Source: Phycisphaerae bacterium
GTDB taxonomy: Bacteria > Planctomycetota > Phycisphaerae > UBA1845
NCBI GenBank assembly: GCA_963666835.2
Contig: CAXXGO010000006.1
Location: forward strand, 928,001-992,000
Direction: 5' to 3'
Length of the DNA: 64,000 nucleotides
Shown one piece after another: positions 18,485-28,253 of this stretch; positions within the stretch are counted from its first letter, which is position 1; every line of letters starts with the position of its first letter. The translations under genes and the position numbers were made by a program. The notes beneath the pieces are model-generated. The model did not search any database. It was not told the origin of the DNA and saw only the letters and a program-made list of their open reading frames with translations.

Positions 18485-20821
18485 ATGTTTGGCTGGTCAA
18501 AAAAGCCCAAGATCAGACGGCGACAGGTTCGCGAGCATCGCGCGCGCATTACGGTTCCGGTGCGGACCCGCTTGGCGGCGCGGATCTTCTCCTGGCCGGT
18601 ATTGGTTGGGCTGGTTTTCGTAGCCGGGGCATCGGCTATCACGGTCTGGGGTGAGGCGGCGCTGCCGTACTCGGTCGGGCAACGGGTGCCGTACCCCATT
18701 TACGCCCGGGTCGATTTCCGAGTGCCCGATGTGGAGCAAACCGCCGATGACCGCCGCGCGGCGCGGGCGGCCACCCCCAGCTACTATACTCCGAACCGAA
18801 GTGCGCTGACGTACGACAGCGTTCGCGCCGAGCTTCGACGGCTTTACGGCACTGCGGCGGACGCGGCCACGTACGAGGAATTCGAGAAGGCGCTGGCTGA
18901 TGTCGACTGGGCGGTCAGCGATGGTGTTTACCGGCGGTTGCGCGCTTTGGTGGACCGGCCCGAGGATACCGGGCGTCAGCAGTTTGAGGAGTGGATTGCC
19001 GCACTGCCGCTGGAGAACGAGTATGTAGTGCGAGGCTTACGCGAGGAACTCCGCCACCCGGCGAGCACGACGGACTACATTGTGTTGGACACGTCGGCCG
19101 GGGACGGTGACGCGAAGGTCACTCAAGTACCGCATTCGCAACTCGTCTCGCAAGCGCGTGAGAAAGCCCTACGCGGAAGTGCCGCGGACGTGGCCCGGCG
19201 TTTTCCGATCTATGAACTTCGTCCGGCGATCGAAGCGATTGTTTTCGCCGCTTTTCAGGCGCAGCCTACGATTATCTTCGACCAGGAGCGGACGGTCGAG
19301 GAGATGCGCGCGGCCGAGGAAGCCACGCCGGAAGCGCTGGCCACGTATGAACGAGACAAGCCGTTTGTTAAGCCCGGCGTGCTCGGCACGGTCGAGTATC
19401 AGCTTCTCAAGGCAGAGCAAGCCGCCTATGTAGAGTTCTTAAGAGAAGACGACCCGCTGGCACACAAGCTGCGCCAGAGGCAACTGCTCCGGCAACTGGG
19501 GCTGGTCGTTCTGGTTGGGATGTTGTCGGTCGGCCTGCTGGTCTACGTTCACATGCATCAGCCACGCATCTTCGAGGTACGTTCCAGTAGCGCGGCGTTC
19601 TCGGTGTTGTTGTTGGCTACCCTGCTGGCCGCTCGGATCCTGGGCTCAAAATGGGGTCACATTCCGGAACTGACGTTCACCCCATGCCTGTTGTCGGCGA
19701 GTATTTTAGCGATCGTATACCCTCGGCGATTCGCCATCGGAGCGTCCTGTATCACTATTGCACTGGTAACCGTGTCGCTCGGGGCGGATTTCACGTACTT
19801 GCTCACGCTGCTGGTCGGCGTGACGGTCATAGCGTTTCAACTTCACGAGATTCGGTCGCGGACGAAGATCATCACGGCCGGGCTGTTGACGGCTTTGGCA
19901 ATCACGGTGACCTCGGCCGCCGACGGGTTAGTCCACGGCCATACGCTGGACTTCGTTTGGTACCACGCATTGTGGGCGGGTGGCTGCGCCCTGCTGGCGT
20001 CTTTCGTATTGTCGGGCACTCTGCCGTTCATCGAACGGCTGTTTCGGGTAGCGACATCGCTGACGCTATTGGAATGGCGCGATCCGACCAAGCCTCTTCT
20101 GCAGCTTCTGGCCCGGGAAGCCCCGGGGACCTACAACCACAGCCTGGTGTTGGGGACTTTGGCGGAGGCCGCGTGCGAGCGGATCGGAGCCAACGGGCTC
20201 CTTGCCCAGGTCGGTTCGCTGTACCACGACATCGGTAAGATCTCCAAAGCCGGGTATTTTGCAGAGAACCAAGAAGGGCGGATCAACCGCCACGACAATC
20301 TGGCTCCGACGATGAGCCTGTTGATCATTCTCGGGCACGTCAAGGACGGGGTCGAGATGGCCAAGGAGTACAAACTGCCACGAGTTCTCCATCAGTTCAT
20401 CGGGGAGCATCACGGTACGACGGTGGTGCGATATTTCCACCACATGGCAAGCGAGAAACAGCCCCAAATCGCCAGCGGTAAGCATGATCGCGAGGTTCCG
20501 GAAGCCGAGTTCCGCTACACCGGACCAAAACCGCGCACGCGCGAGTCGGCAGTGGTCATGTTGTGCGACGGAGTGGAAAGCGCGGTTCGCGCTCAAGCGG
20601 AGCCGACGGTCGGACGAATCGAGAGTACGGTCCACCAAATGGTAGCCGGACGGATGGCCGACGGTCAGCTCAGTGACTGCGATATGACCATGCGACAGCT
20701 ACGCCAGGTAGAGGAATCGCTGGTCAAGAGTTTGTGTGCCATCTATCATGGGCGGGTGGCTTATCCCAAAGCCTCAAAACCGGCGGAGATGCCGGCAGAG
20801 CCTGCGAGGGTCAGCGTGTAG
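18485..20821 (+). CDS. 7TM-HDIG phosphohydrolase (PgpH-like cyclic-dinucleotide phosphodiesterase family)
   Basis: Extracellular domain, 7 TM helices, then APGTYNHS, YHDIGK, HVKDG and EHHGT. Confidence 0.88.
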   Translation: MFGWSKKPKIRRRQVREHRARITVPVRTRLAARIFSWPVLVGLVFVAGASAITVWGEAALPYSVGQRVPYPIYARVDFRVPDVEQTADDRRAARAATPSYYTPNRSALTYDSVRAELRRLYGTAADAATYEEFEKALADVDWAVSDGVYRRLRALVDRPEDTGRQQFEEWIAALPLENEYVVRGLREELRHPASTTDYIVLDTSAGDGDAKVTQVPHSQLVSQAREKALRGSAADVARRFPIYELRPAIEAIVFAAFQAQPTIIFDQERTVEEMRAAEEATPEALATYERDKPFVKPGVLGTVEYQLLKAEQAAYVEFLREDDPLAHKLRQRQLLRQLGLVVLVGMLSVGLLVYVHMHQPRIFEVRSSSAAFSVLLLATLLAARILGSKWGHIPELTFTPCLLSASILAIVYPRRFAIGASCITIALVTVSLGADFTYLLTLLVGVTVIAFQLHEIRSRTKIITAGLLTALAITVTSAADGLVHGHTLDFVWYHALWAGGCALLASFVLSGTLPFIERLFRVATSLTLLEWRDPTKPLLQLLAREAPGTYNHSLVLGTLAEAACERIGANGLLAQVGSLYHDIGKISKAGYFAENQEGRINRHDNLAPTMSLLIILGHVKDGVEMAKEYKLPRVLHQFIGEHHGTTVVRYFHHMASEKQPQIASGKHDREVPEAEFRYTGPKPRTRESAVVMLCDGVESAVRAQAEPTVGRIESTVHQMVAGRMADGQLSDCDMTMRQLRQVEESLVKSLCAIYHGRVAYPKASKPAEMPAEPARVSV

Positions 20822-20860
20822 CTGCCTGCCGGGTATCCGGGGGGCAGATTGAAAAGTCTA

Positions 20861-21346
20861 ATGGAAGACGATTCTCCCTACGAAATAGCCATTGCCCGCA
20901 CCGGCGGGCTCGCTTCGGTTTCGGAGGAATGCCTCTCCGGGGCGATTCGGGCGACCCTCGAGCGGCATCATGTTTCCCGGGCTCAAATCAGCGTAGCTTT
21001 GGTCGACGACGACCGAATCACCCAGCTCAACGAGGCTCACCTTGACCATCAGGGTCCTACCGACGTGCTGACGTTCGATCTTCGGGACGCCGAGTCCGGC
21101 AGTGCGGCAGTTGCGGGCGACCCGATCGAGGGGGAGATCGTGGTCTCGGTGGATACTGCAGACCGGGAAGCGCGGACTCGCGGACATGAACTCGATGCAG
21201 AGTTGGCTCTCTACGTTATCCACGGGACTCTTCACCTGCTCGGGTTCGATGACCAGACCACGGATGAGGCCGCGCGGATGCACGGGGTCGAAGACGAGAT
21301 CCTCGTGTCCCTCGGGTTCGGACCGGTCTACGGGGGGACCGCGTGA
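20861..21346 (+). CDS. ybeY: rRNA maturation endoribonuclease YbeY
   Basis: PTDVLTF, GEIVVS and HGTLHLLGFDD. Confidence 0.9.
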   Translation: MEDDSPYEIAIARTGGLASVSEECLSGAIRATLERHHVSRAQISVALVDDDRITQLNEAHLDHQGPTDVLTFDLRDAESGSAAVAGDPIEGEIVVSVDTADREARTRGHELDAELALYVIHGTLHLLGFDDQTTDEAARMHGVEDEILVSLGFGPVYGGTA

Positions 21347-22071
21347 TGATCGTGGCGCTGTTGCAGCCCAAGTTCGAGCCGACCAGCCAGGCCGCCAACG
21401 TCCAAGGGATAATGTCGGCGATCAACGCGGCCGGGCGGGCAAGTCCGGCGCCCGATCTTCTTGTGTTGCCCGGAGCGTGCGACACGGGCGGGGTCAAGGT
21501 CGGCGCAAGCTGGACGGAATCCGCGCGGGACCGTGTGGCCGAGATGGTAGCCTGGAAGGCCCGCGAGTGGGGGATCTTCATCGCCGTCGGAGTGCATTCC
21601 ATTGCCGGCGACACCATCGAAAACGCGGCTCTGCTCTTTGACCCGGATGGGGACATCGCTGTGAGCCACACTCCTCCTGACAGTGTCAAGATCTGGGACA
21701 GCCCCGGAGGCAGGATTGGGCTGATCGGATCGGCCTCGCCGGCCGGGTTCGACGGCGGCGACCCGGATGAGCGGCGTGAGATGGTAATCGCCTGGCCTTA
21801 TGCCGTAGCGGGCAAGGCCAAGCTGCGCCGAGTTCAGGAACAGGTGGTCGCCGGATTGTGTGGCAACCCGGCAAAGACCGAAGGGGCGTACTGGGTCGTG
21901 GCCGCTCCGCCCGGTCAGCCGCTTCCGTTACCGGACGGAACCGGATCGGAAACCACGTTTGCATGCGGGCCGGATGGGAATACACTCCCTCGGGCCGTTG
22001 AGACTCCCGATTCGAATCTGTGGGTGGAGATCCCGGCACCACCACCCAAGGACACGGGGGGTGGCGCCTGA
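21343..22071 (+). CDS. Degenerate carbon-nitrogen hydrolase (nitrilase/Lnt-like) fold protein
   Basis: VALLQ..., PDLLVLPG (usually PE), NAALLFDPDG and GRIGLI; the catalytic E/K/C triad is not evident. Confidence 0.55.
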   Translation: MMIVALLQPKFEPTSQAANVQGIMSAINAAGRASPAPDLLVLPGACDTGGVKVGASWTESARDRVAEMVAWKAREWGIFIAVGVHSIAGDTIENAALLFDPDGDIAVSHTPPDSVKIWDSPGGRIGLIGSASPAGFDGGDPDERREMVIAWPYAVAGKAKLRRVQEQVVAGLCGNPAKTEGAYWVVAAPPGQPLPLPDGTGSETTFACGPDGNTLPRAVETPDSNLWVEIPAPPPKDTGGGA

Positions 22072-22147
22072 AGCTCGCCTCAGCGATCATGCAGACTGAT
22101 CGCCTCGAGGCTCTGGATATTGCAGTTGTCTGCATTGAGGCCCGTCG

Positions 22148-23434
22148 GTGGGCGATTGGACTATTTTGGTCGGGCTGCTGGCGCTCGTAGCGTTGCTGTT
22201 GTTCTCCACCTTGAACCATGCACTGCACGTCCTGTCGCGCGCGCGGCTGGCAGAGCAACTCAAGAAGGTTCAGCGGGAGAGCGTGTTCGAGAACTTCGTG
22301 GCCGCGCGTCCTCAGTATTTGCTCGCCACGGCTGTGTTGCGGTCGATATTCACTTTGCTGCTGCTGGTAACGGTATTCGCGTACTTTGACGTCGTCGGTT
22401 CAGAGCGTCCCGGGGCAGCGACGGCCGGATCGGGTGCGGTGGCCTTGGGGTTCGTGCTGGTGTTCGGCGTAGCCATCCCCAACGCCTGGGCGAAGTACTG
22501 CGGCGAGTGGCTGATTGTCCGGGTGCTCCCTCTTCTAGCGGCCGTTCGCGTTCTGTGTTTTCCGGTGACGGTAGTTCTCGCGGTTTTCGACCCGTTCGTT
22601 CGCCGCCTGGCCGGGGTGCCGGTGCGTGACGCGCGGTCCTATGCCGACGAGCTCGAGCAGGAGATTCTCAACGCCGTCAGCGAAGGTGAGCGCCACGGGG
22701 CGGTGGATGAGGAAGAGAAGGAGATGATCGAGTCGGTCATCGAGCTGTCTGAAACGCGAGTCGAGGAGATTATGACTCCGCGGACGGATATAGTCGCCCT
22801 CGACAAGAATACCGAGCTTGACGACGTCCTGGACATCGTGCGGGTAAAGGGGCACTCGCGGATTCCGGTCTTCGATGAGACGATCGACGTGGTGCTGGGC
22901 GTCCTTTACGCCAAAGACCTTTTGCGACAGACCAAAGACACTCCCTTCCGTTTGACCGCCATCATGCGGAAGGTGCTGTTCGTCCCGGAATCGAAGCTCG
23001 TGCGCGAGCTTCTGCGCGAGTTTCAGACTCAGAAGGTCCACATTGCGGTTGTCTTGGATGAGTACGGCGGGACCGCGGGGTTGGTAACGATCGAGGACAT
23101 TCTCGAAGAGCTCGTCGGGGAGATTGTGGACGAATACGATCGCGCCGAGCCGGTGGAACTATTCCGGATAGACGACCAGACCATTGAAGTGGACGCGCGG
23201 ATGCGGATCGACGATTTGAACGATCAGTTCGACATAGACCTGCCCGAAGACGAAGACTACGAGACGATCGGTGGGTTCGTCTTCAGCACCTTGGGGAAGA
23301 TCCCCGAAGTCGGCGAATCGTGCGGCCACAAAAACATCGGGATTCAGGTTATTGCTGCCGACCCGCGTCGGATCGTTCGCTTGCGCCTGAAGATGGTTCC
23401 CGAGACGGCGACCGACACCCCTCCTACGGATTGA
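22148..23434 (+). CDS. CNNM/CBS/CorC_HlyC hemolysin-family protein
   Basis: DUF21 TM region, IMTPR, HSRIPV, VLDEYGGTAGLVTIEDILEELVGEI and a CorC domain. Confidence 0.92.
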   Translation: MGDWTILVGLLALVALLLFSTLNHALHVLSRARLAEQLKKVQRESVFENFVAARPQYLLATAVLRSIFTLLLLVTVFAYFDVVGSERPGAATAGSGAVALGFVLVFGVAIPNAWAKYCGEWLIVRVLPLLAAVRVLCFPVTVVLAVFDPFVRRLAGVPVRDARSYADELEQEILNAVSEGERHGAVDEEEKEMIESVIELSETRVEEIMTPRTDIVALDKNTELDDVLDIVRVKGHSRIPVFDETIDVVLGVLYAKDLLRQTKDTPFRLTAIMRKVLFVPESKLVRELLREFQTQKVHIAVVLDEYGGTAGLVTIEDILEELVGEIVDEYDRAEPVELFRIDDQTIEVDARMRIDDLNDQFDIDLPEDEDYETIGGFVFSTLGKIPEVGESCGHKNIGIQVIAADPRRIVRLRLKMVPETATDTPPTD

Positions 23435-24398
23435 TCGCTCCGGAATTGCGCGACCGTACCGGATCCACCCACGCTCCCTCCCGATGGTTGATCGAGAAAA
23501 GCCGGTTGTCGCCGTCGAACTCCACGACCCCCGACTTGTTGACGTTGTAACCCAGAGATTCGAGCGTTTCCTCGGAACAATGGCCGTCGACCCACAACAC
23601 GTTGCCCCGCCCCCGATGACGCTCGTGGATTGCCGTGCGCGCCTGCTCCGATTCCTTGAGCCAGGCCATTTCGCCGATGTCAGGGTCCACGCATGGGGGA
23701 TCGAGATTGAACCCCTCGTTCCCCACGGCGGTTACCGATCGCCCACTGGCGCTGTCGCCGGGGAGGTTGTCCTCATAGCTGGTGCGTTCCTTCACCGGAA
23801 ACGAGGCGGCCGTGCCCAGACTGTCTGCCACAGCCACGCACTCTGCGGGTATCCGCACTTTTGAATAACGCACCGGCCAGTTCTTGAAGGATGTCGGATC
23901 ACTACTGTCGAGAAGTCTGGCGTTGCCAAGGAACTGGTAATTATACCCGTAGCACCCGTTGCGTTCGTCCGTCCACGTCGGCACGACCGGACACACGTAG
24001 AACTCGTTGGAGTAGTTCTGGCGATCGCCCGGCTGCTGATAGCGGTCTATTATGTTCTTGGTGGGTTGGGGGTCGTCGAAGGGCGGAAGACCCAACTGCG
24101 TTGCCATCATCGCCAGAAAGCTCGGCCGGTACTTGAGCCCGCCCTCGACCCTTATGGCCCATTGCTCACTGTCGACCTTGGGCATTCTGCCGGGCACGAG
24201 AACATCTTCATTCTCGTTGGCGTAGAGCACCAGCCCTTGCCCCACGGTGCGCAATCGCGTGGCACAGACCGTGGACTTCGCCTGATCCCGCGCCCGGCTC
24301 ATCGCCGGGAGCATCAGCCCGGCCAGTACGCCGATAATGGCCACGACCGTCAACAGCTCGATCAGCGTAAACGCCTTGCAGTGCCTTTGCCGGGTGAT
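23424..24398 (-). CDS. Prepilin-type N-methylation / H-X9-DG (DUF1559-like) protein with a putative ATC start
   Basis: (I/M)TRQRHCKA-FTLIELLTVVAIIGVLAGLMLP; C-terminal RHRGRGNVLWVDGH. There is no ATG/GTG/TTG between the upstream in-frame TGA and FTLIE. Confidence 0.8.
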   Translation of the reverse strand: MTRQRHCKAFTLIELLTVVAIIGVLAGLMLPAMSRARDQAKSTVCATRLRTVGQGLVLYANENEDVLVPGRMPKVDSEQWAIRVEGGLKYRPSFLAMMATQLGLPPFDDPQPTKNIIDRYQQPGDRQNYSNEFYVCPVVPTWTDERNGCYGYNYQFLGNARLLDSSDPTSFKNWPVRYSKVRIPAECVAVADSLGTAASFPVKERTSYEDNLPGDSASGRSVTAVGNEGFNLDPPCVDPDIGEMAWLKESEQARTAIHERHRGRGNVLWVDGHCSEETLESLGYNVNKSGVVEFDGDNRLFSINHREGAWVDPVRSRNSGAINP

Positions 24399-24402
24399 CT
24401 GC

Positions 24403-25683
24403 CTATTCCTTCAAATCCAGGGCGATTACCGCGTTGCGGTCTCGAATCAACAGAGTCGTACCCGCCAGCGTCGGCGTCACCCGACACGGCGTTTCCAACA
24501 GCTTGACTTTGGAGTGGATAACCAGTCCCGGACCCTTGGCGGTCGCCAAGGCCAACACCCCGGTCTCATCCAGGATAATCAGTTTGCCGTCCCCATAGAC
24601 CAGGTGCGGTCTGGCGAAGCCCTCCTGTTGTCCCACGACCTTTCCGGTGGCGGCTTCCACGACGATCAGCGCCGGCTTTCCGTCCTTGCCGAGGCCGGAT
24701 CCGTACAGGTAATCGCCCAGGCGAATCACATTCGGGCCGTCAAGGGCGGCCGGAACTGACTCCCACATCTGGGCCGCGACCATCTTGCCCTCCATCCTCA
24801 TCAGGTGGAACATCCGCCCCGGCGTTCCTTCGCTCCCCGGAAAGAAGAGCTGATCCCCGGGTCCCCAGACCGGGTTGGCCTGGCTGACTGTCGGCACGGC
24901 GTCGTGGGGAGCACTCCAGAGGAATTCTCCATCAACTGCGCTGAACCCGATTACGCCGCGGGATCCCAGCAGGATGAGGTGAGGCTCGCCCTGGAAGTTG
25001 ACCACGATCGGCGAGCTGAAACCGTTTCGAAACGGTGCCGACTTCCAAACGGCGCGCCCGTCCTCGGGGGCCAACGCGGCGAACCCCATTCGCCCTCCGC
25101 CGGCTTGGATGATAATCAGCTCATTGTGCTCAATCGGACTCGAAGCGTAGCCCGTCGGGAGGAAGGTGCCGCCGAAATCCATGAACACGTTGCGGGTCCA
25201 TCGATACTTCCCGTCCGCCCTTTCCCAAGCGTAGATCTTCCCCGTGAACCCCACGGTATAGATGCCGTCTTTCAGAACCAGAGGGGTTGTTCTCGGACCC
25301 TCGCCGTGGCTCAGATCATATTTGCTCGTCAGGGGCGCCGGATACCGTGATTTCCAGAGCTCCTCTCCGGTCTTCATATCCAACGCCACCAGGGCTTCCT
25401 GCCACGCGTCGAAGAGATACATCACATAAGCCACGCCATCGGCAACCGCGATAGAACCACTCCCGCCCCCCAGTTGGTGGCGCCATAGTTCGCGCGGGCC
25501 CTCTGCGGGCCACTTGGCGGCCAGCCCTTTCGATGCAGCCTTGAAATCGCGGTTCTCGCCGCCCCACTGGGGCCATTGTGCAGAGGCTGCGGTGCCGGCA
25601 GCCAAGAAGAACGCCGCTGCCAGGGCGATCATCAGGCGTTCGGCCACCGTTCGATTCCCTCTTGTCCTGCGGTGTAATGACAT
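24403..25683 (-). CDS. Secreted PQQ-binding-like beta-propeller protein
   Basis: Signal peptide; WPQWGGENRD, GPRTTP, GYASSP, SSPI and TPTLAG..L.IRD. Confidence 0.85.
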   Translation of the reverse strand: MSLHRRTRGNRTVAERLMIALAAAFFLAAGTAASAQWPQWGGENRDFKAASKGLAAKWPAEGPRELWRHQLGGGSGSIAVADGVAYVMYLFDAWQEALVALDMKTGEELWKSRYPAPLTSKYDLSHGEGPRTTPLVLKDGIYTVGFTGKIYAWERADGKYRWTRNVFMDFGGTFLPTGYASSPIEHNELIIIQAGGGRMGFAALAPEDGRAVWKSAPFRNGFSSPIVVNFQGEPHLILLGSRGVIGFSAVDGEFLWSAPHDAVPTVSQANPVWGPGDQLFFPGSEGTPGRMFHLMRMEGKMVAAQMWESVPAALDGPNVIRLGDYLYGSGLGKDGKPALIVVEAATGKVVGQQEGFARPHLVYGDGKLIILDETGVLALATAKGPGLVIHSKVKLLETPCRVTPTLAGTTLLIRDRNAVIALDLKE

Positions 25684-26219
25684 AGGTTTGGCTCTCCTAC
25701 TCTCGTACTTTGCCGACCGATCGCTCGGCAACTGATTTCATGCCTCTCCGGGTATCGGCGTTACCGGCGTGTGAGCCCGGATCATCAGAGAATAGTAACG
25801 TGGACCGCCTCCGCCAGCCATGCCCACCACGTAACGACGCGCGCGTACGCCGCTTCCCGCGACGACTCCGGGAGCACCGCTCCACCGAGTGCGCGGCCGC
25901 CCAAGTATTGTCGGCAGGTTAAGCGGTCCGATTAGGTCGGGAATCAGCCCGGGCGCCCGGCACGTTTAGATTGAGGCCGCAGGCTTCCCCGGAACCGGGC
26001 CACTATCTTCCGTTTATGGGACGTCATCCGACCGGGCCCAACGAAAGTGCGCGGAACGGCGCTCGAGTTCTCGGCATCCGTATCTCCCCTTGCGGCAAGA
26101 CTCGGTTCCACGGTCCCTTCGCGACGGTCTCTCGAGTCCGTGGCCTGCGACCCTTGTAGTAACTTCAGGCGTGGACCGCACCTCGACCTTGCGCTGTCGT
26201 ACGTGGTCAGCGAATTATG

Positions 26220-26248
26220 TTGACTCTCGATAACCGTTTCGATAGTCT
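26220..26248 (+). promoter_or_regulatory. Putative sigma70 promoter for 26358-27899
   Basis: TTGACT-N17-TAGTCT, about 110 bp upstream of the ATG. Confidence 0.4.
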
Positions 26249-26357
26249 CGATTATTGTGGGGTTGGTGTGCCATCATAAGGTGAAGTGCATCTTCCGATG
26301 GCCGGCCGGTTGGGTGTCTTACCCTGACTTTACTGCAACACTCAGGAGATCGGGATC

Positions 26358-27899
26358 ATGAAGCGGCGTTTTCAGACAAGCGATAGAGCGTTGTCGGTGG
26401 TTGCGTTGGGCGCACTGGTGGTGGCCTTCACCTTTTCACCTGGCGCACAGGCGGCGGAACGGATGGTGATTTGTGAGGAATTCACGAGCGTGAACTGAGG
26501 GGGGTGTAGCAGCGCGGGTACCGCGCTTAACGCCGTTCTGACGGCTCATCCGGACAGCTTCACGTATATTCAGATTCACCTAGACGCCTATTCGACGACC
26601 TGGGGTAACAACCGGGCTAACTTCTACAACATCGAGTACACCCCAACTGCGTGGTTTGACGGATGGTATTCCCTCGTCGGAGATACGCATCTGTACGAGG
26701 GGCGATACACGACCCGCTACAACACGCCGACCGATGTTACAATCGACATCAGCGGAGAGCCGGTAGGCGAAGCGACCTATGAGATTACGGCGAATGTCTG
26801 TATCGAACCCGGCGGCACCGCCAAGACCATGCGGGTGCATGTGGCGCAAGTGCTTGACTACTGGCCGTCCAGCCCATCGTATTCTCGTAACGGGCTCAAG
26901 CAGGCAGCTCCGCAAGCAACGGTCACCGTCGCCCCCGGCGCCTGTGAAGAGGTCGTCAATACGATGACCTTCGATGCGACCAGTTGGACGAACAAAACCG
27001 ACATCAAGATCATCGCCTGGGCTCAAAATACCATGAGTTCCGGACCGTCCGAGGTATACCAGGCCGCCAGGTGGTTCATCCCGATTCCGGGCGATTTCAA
27101 CGGGGATCGCAATGTGGACTCGGAGGACTACGACACGTTTACACTCGATTGCTTCACGGGGCCGGACGGTGGTCCGATCGATCCGGCCTGTACTCCGGGT
27201 GACTTTGACGAAGATGACGACGTTGACTGCGACGATTGGGACCAGTTCGTTCTGGCCTGGACCGCAGGGGGAGATCCACCTGCGTTCGAGACGTGTGTGA
27301 TAGCCTCCCCGGAGCACGCGGCCGGGGAGCATTCTGTCTTGAAGAACCGTTATATCTCGTTCAGTCCGATCGATGCGGGCGGTACGGAAGTCGCCTACCG
27401 GTTGGACACCACCGATAGCACGTTCTTCCCGGATACGGTCGGGACGACCAGGTGGATCGGTGACCCGGATGCGGATAACCTCGCTGGCGTAGAGTCGGAG
27501 CCGATCTACCGCAGTGCCTGGCCGGAAACGGTTCACGTCGGGAGTTGTCACATTGTCCCGGCGTCAGTCTATGCGGTTAGTGCTACAGATGGAGTGGCAA
27601 CGTCTGATCCCCTAGCGCTGTACACGATCATTCAACCCATCCCGAAGAACTGGGGAGATATCGCCGGACCGTTCATCGGTGGCGAGTGGACGGCCCCCAA
27701 CGGCACGGTGAGCATGGACGATGTGATGGCGCTTCTCCAGGTGTTTCAGGCAACCCCCGGTGCTCTCCACATGACCCGTGGTGATTTGCACGATAACGGT
27801 CCTAATCGCGTGGTCAACATGAGCGATGTCATGATTGAAGTGGGTTGCTTCCGCGGCGATCCGTATCCTTACGGTTCGGCGACCGACCCGTGCGAATAG
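26358..27899 (+). CDS. Candidate selenoprotein (513 aa): signal peptide, thioredoxin/Omp28-like domain with UGGC motif, dockerin-like Ca-binding repeats and a C-terminal domain
   Basis: AGGAG RBS, ATG 26358, signal peptide ending AQA, then ERMVICEEFTSVN-TGA(26496)-GGC. The frame stays open into ORF 26829-27899. A hairpin starts 12 nt after the TGA. Confidence 0.8.
26503..26534 (+). promoter_or_regulatory. Putative bacterial SECIS element
   Basis: AGCGCG-GGTAC-CGCGCT upper stem (26511-26527) with a G-led loop; GGTGT/ACGCC can form a lower stem. Confidence 0.65.
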
Positions 27900-27952
27900 G
27901 CGTGTGACAGAGCTGCGTCACCACACTGCGTAGCGTAGCAGAACCACCGAAG

Positions 27953-27992
27953 CTCCCGGGGCGGCTCAAGACCGCCCCGGGAGTCTTTTTTT
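27953..27992 (+). terminator. Rho-independent terminator
   Basis: CTCCCGGGGCGG-ctcaaga-CCGCCCCGGGAG followed by TCTTTTTTT. Confidence 0.9.
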
Positions 27993-28253
27993 CACGGCCG
28001 GTGATTGCAGAGAATTGCCATCTTCGGGTGGTTAGCCCGGGTCATTCATCCAAGCCAAGGATCGGGCACCAGTCAGTGTCGTGCCAGGGCTTGTTTCCGG
28101 CGTGGAAGCACGCCGTGTTACCATTACGTCACCCACAAGGAATGACGCTACCGCGAGTTACGTGTAATCATGCGAACGTCATGAGTAGTCCGGGCCGGAT
28201 TCGTAGCGATTGATCGTGCCTGATGTACGGCTGCGCCGTGGGGATTATTGTCA

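Noticed and set aside
26496..26498. TGA as evidence of an alternative genetic code (UGA = Trp/Gly)
   Set aside because: Many genes here end properly at TGA (e.g. 2157, 4489, 5769, 39303) and TGG is used for Trp. Simple pseudogenisation remains possible but is less likely given the CxxC position and the hairpin.
26580..27551. 323-aa minus-strand ORF
   Set aside because: Antisense shadow of the candidate selenoprotein gene, with no motifs.
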